Assembly: GCA_963735595.1 (NCBI GenBank)
Contig: CAVTLK010000005.1
Coordinates: 96,001 to 160,000 of the forward strand
DNA length: 64,000 nt
Direction: 5' to 3'
Source: an uncultured delta proteobacterium
Lineage (GTDB): Bacteria; Desulfobacterota; Zymogenia; Zymogenales; Zymogenaceae
Under the pieces are notes generated by a model, which was not told where the DNA came from, did no database searches, and was given only the letters and a program-made list of their open reading frames with translations. A program made the translations under genes and the position numbers. Of this stretch, positions 63,341 through 64,000 are shown piece by piece (position 1 is the stretch's first letter; the number at the start of each line of letters is the position of its first letter).

Positions 63341-64000
63341 ATGCCAGAAAAAACGATCAAGGTCTACGGTTATCGCTGGGTGGTGCTCGGGCTCTTTTTC
63401 GTCATCAACCTTATCATGCAGGCAAACTGGATTACGTTTGCCCCCATCACCGGCGATGCAGCGGCGTTTTACGGGGTCTCGGAGCTTTCCATTGCCGTTC
63501 TCTCGATGATCTTCATGATCGTCTACCTTGCCGTGTCCATCCCCGCCTCATACGTCATCGATACCTACGGTATCCGCATCGGTATCGGTATCGGGGCGGC
63601 GCTCACCGGTATCTTCGGCCTGATGAGGGGCTTTTCCGGCGGCAGCTACGCGATGGTCTTTGCCGCTCAGTTTGGGCTTGCGATCGCCCAGCCCTTCATA
63701 CTCAATGCCGTTACGGCGGTCTCGGCCCGGTGGTTTCCGCTCAAGGAGCGGGCGACGGCCGCCGGGATCTCGGTGCTGGCCCAGTTTATCGGGATTATCC
63801 TGGCCATGGCGCTTACCCCCATGCTCTTTCTGGGTATGGGGATGGCCAAGATGCTGATGGGCTACGGTATCGTCTCGGCCGCCGGGGCCGTGCTTTTCCT
63901 CGTCTTCATGCGGGAAAAACCGCCGACGCTCCCGGGGCTTGCCGGCAGCGACGAGCGGCATACGGTCTTCGAGGGGCTCAAGCATATCTTTAAGCAGCGC
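63341..64000 (+). CDS. MFS transporter, FLVCR/SLC49-like (runs off the window; absent from the ORF track)
   Basis: Hand translation MPEKTIKVYGYRWVVL..QANWITFAPI..LSMIFMIVY..IPASYVIDTYGIR..AQPF..RWFPLKERATA. Confidence 0.88.
   Translation, partial: MPEKTIKVYGYRWVVLGLFFVINLIMQANWITFAPITGDAAAFYGVSELSIAVLSMIFMIVYLAVSIPASYVIDTYGIRIGIGIGAALTGIFGLMRGFSGGSYAMVFAAQFGLAIAQPFILNAVTAVSARWFPLKERATAAGISVLAQFIGIILAMALTPMLFLGMGMAKMLMGYGIVSAAGAVLFLVFMREKPPTLPGLAGSDERHTVFEGLKHIFKQR

Overview
GC-rich chromosomal window. Gene content and order resemble a deltaproteobacterium (Desulfobacterota/Geobacter-like); this assignment is inference. Most of it is conserved core: hemB-ahbD; smc-roadblock-ftsY-6S RNA-fau-rny-ymdB-tyrS; larB-larC-pgpA-cinA-thpR-recA-pilT-recX-alaS; and ftsH-folP-glmM-acpS-nnr-tsaE-lysC-cimA-comEA. 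Many genes, including essential alaS, are broken by small indels, most likely uncorrected sequencing or assembly errors. The best candidate system is an apparent ~11 kb signalling locus (31136-42093). It joins a small GTPase and roadblock pair to a Dif-like chemosensory cluster: CheR, a sensorless 44H-like MCP, CheW, CheY, a receiver-less CheB, CheA and CheC. Nickel-pincer genes larB/larC and a REC-GAF-HD-GYP phosphodiesterase follow with overlapping start/stop codons. Other notable items are a secreted CHAT-domain protein with both catalytic residues substituted beside an atypical SDR, a putative NrtR box in overlapping divergent promoters at nadA, candidate structured RNAs (rny-ymdB spacer, chemosensory leader), a probable leaderless Cys-rich mini-gene, and a 148-bp palindromic repeat element. 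No rRNA, tRNA, CRISPR array, transposase or prophage was seen.
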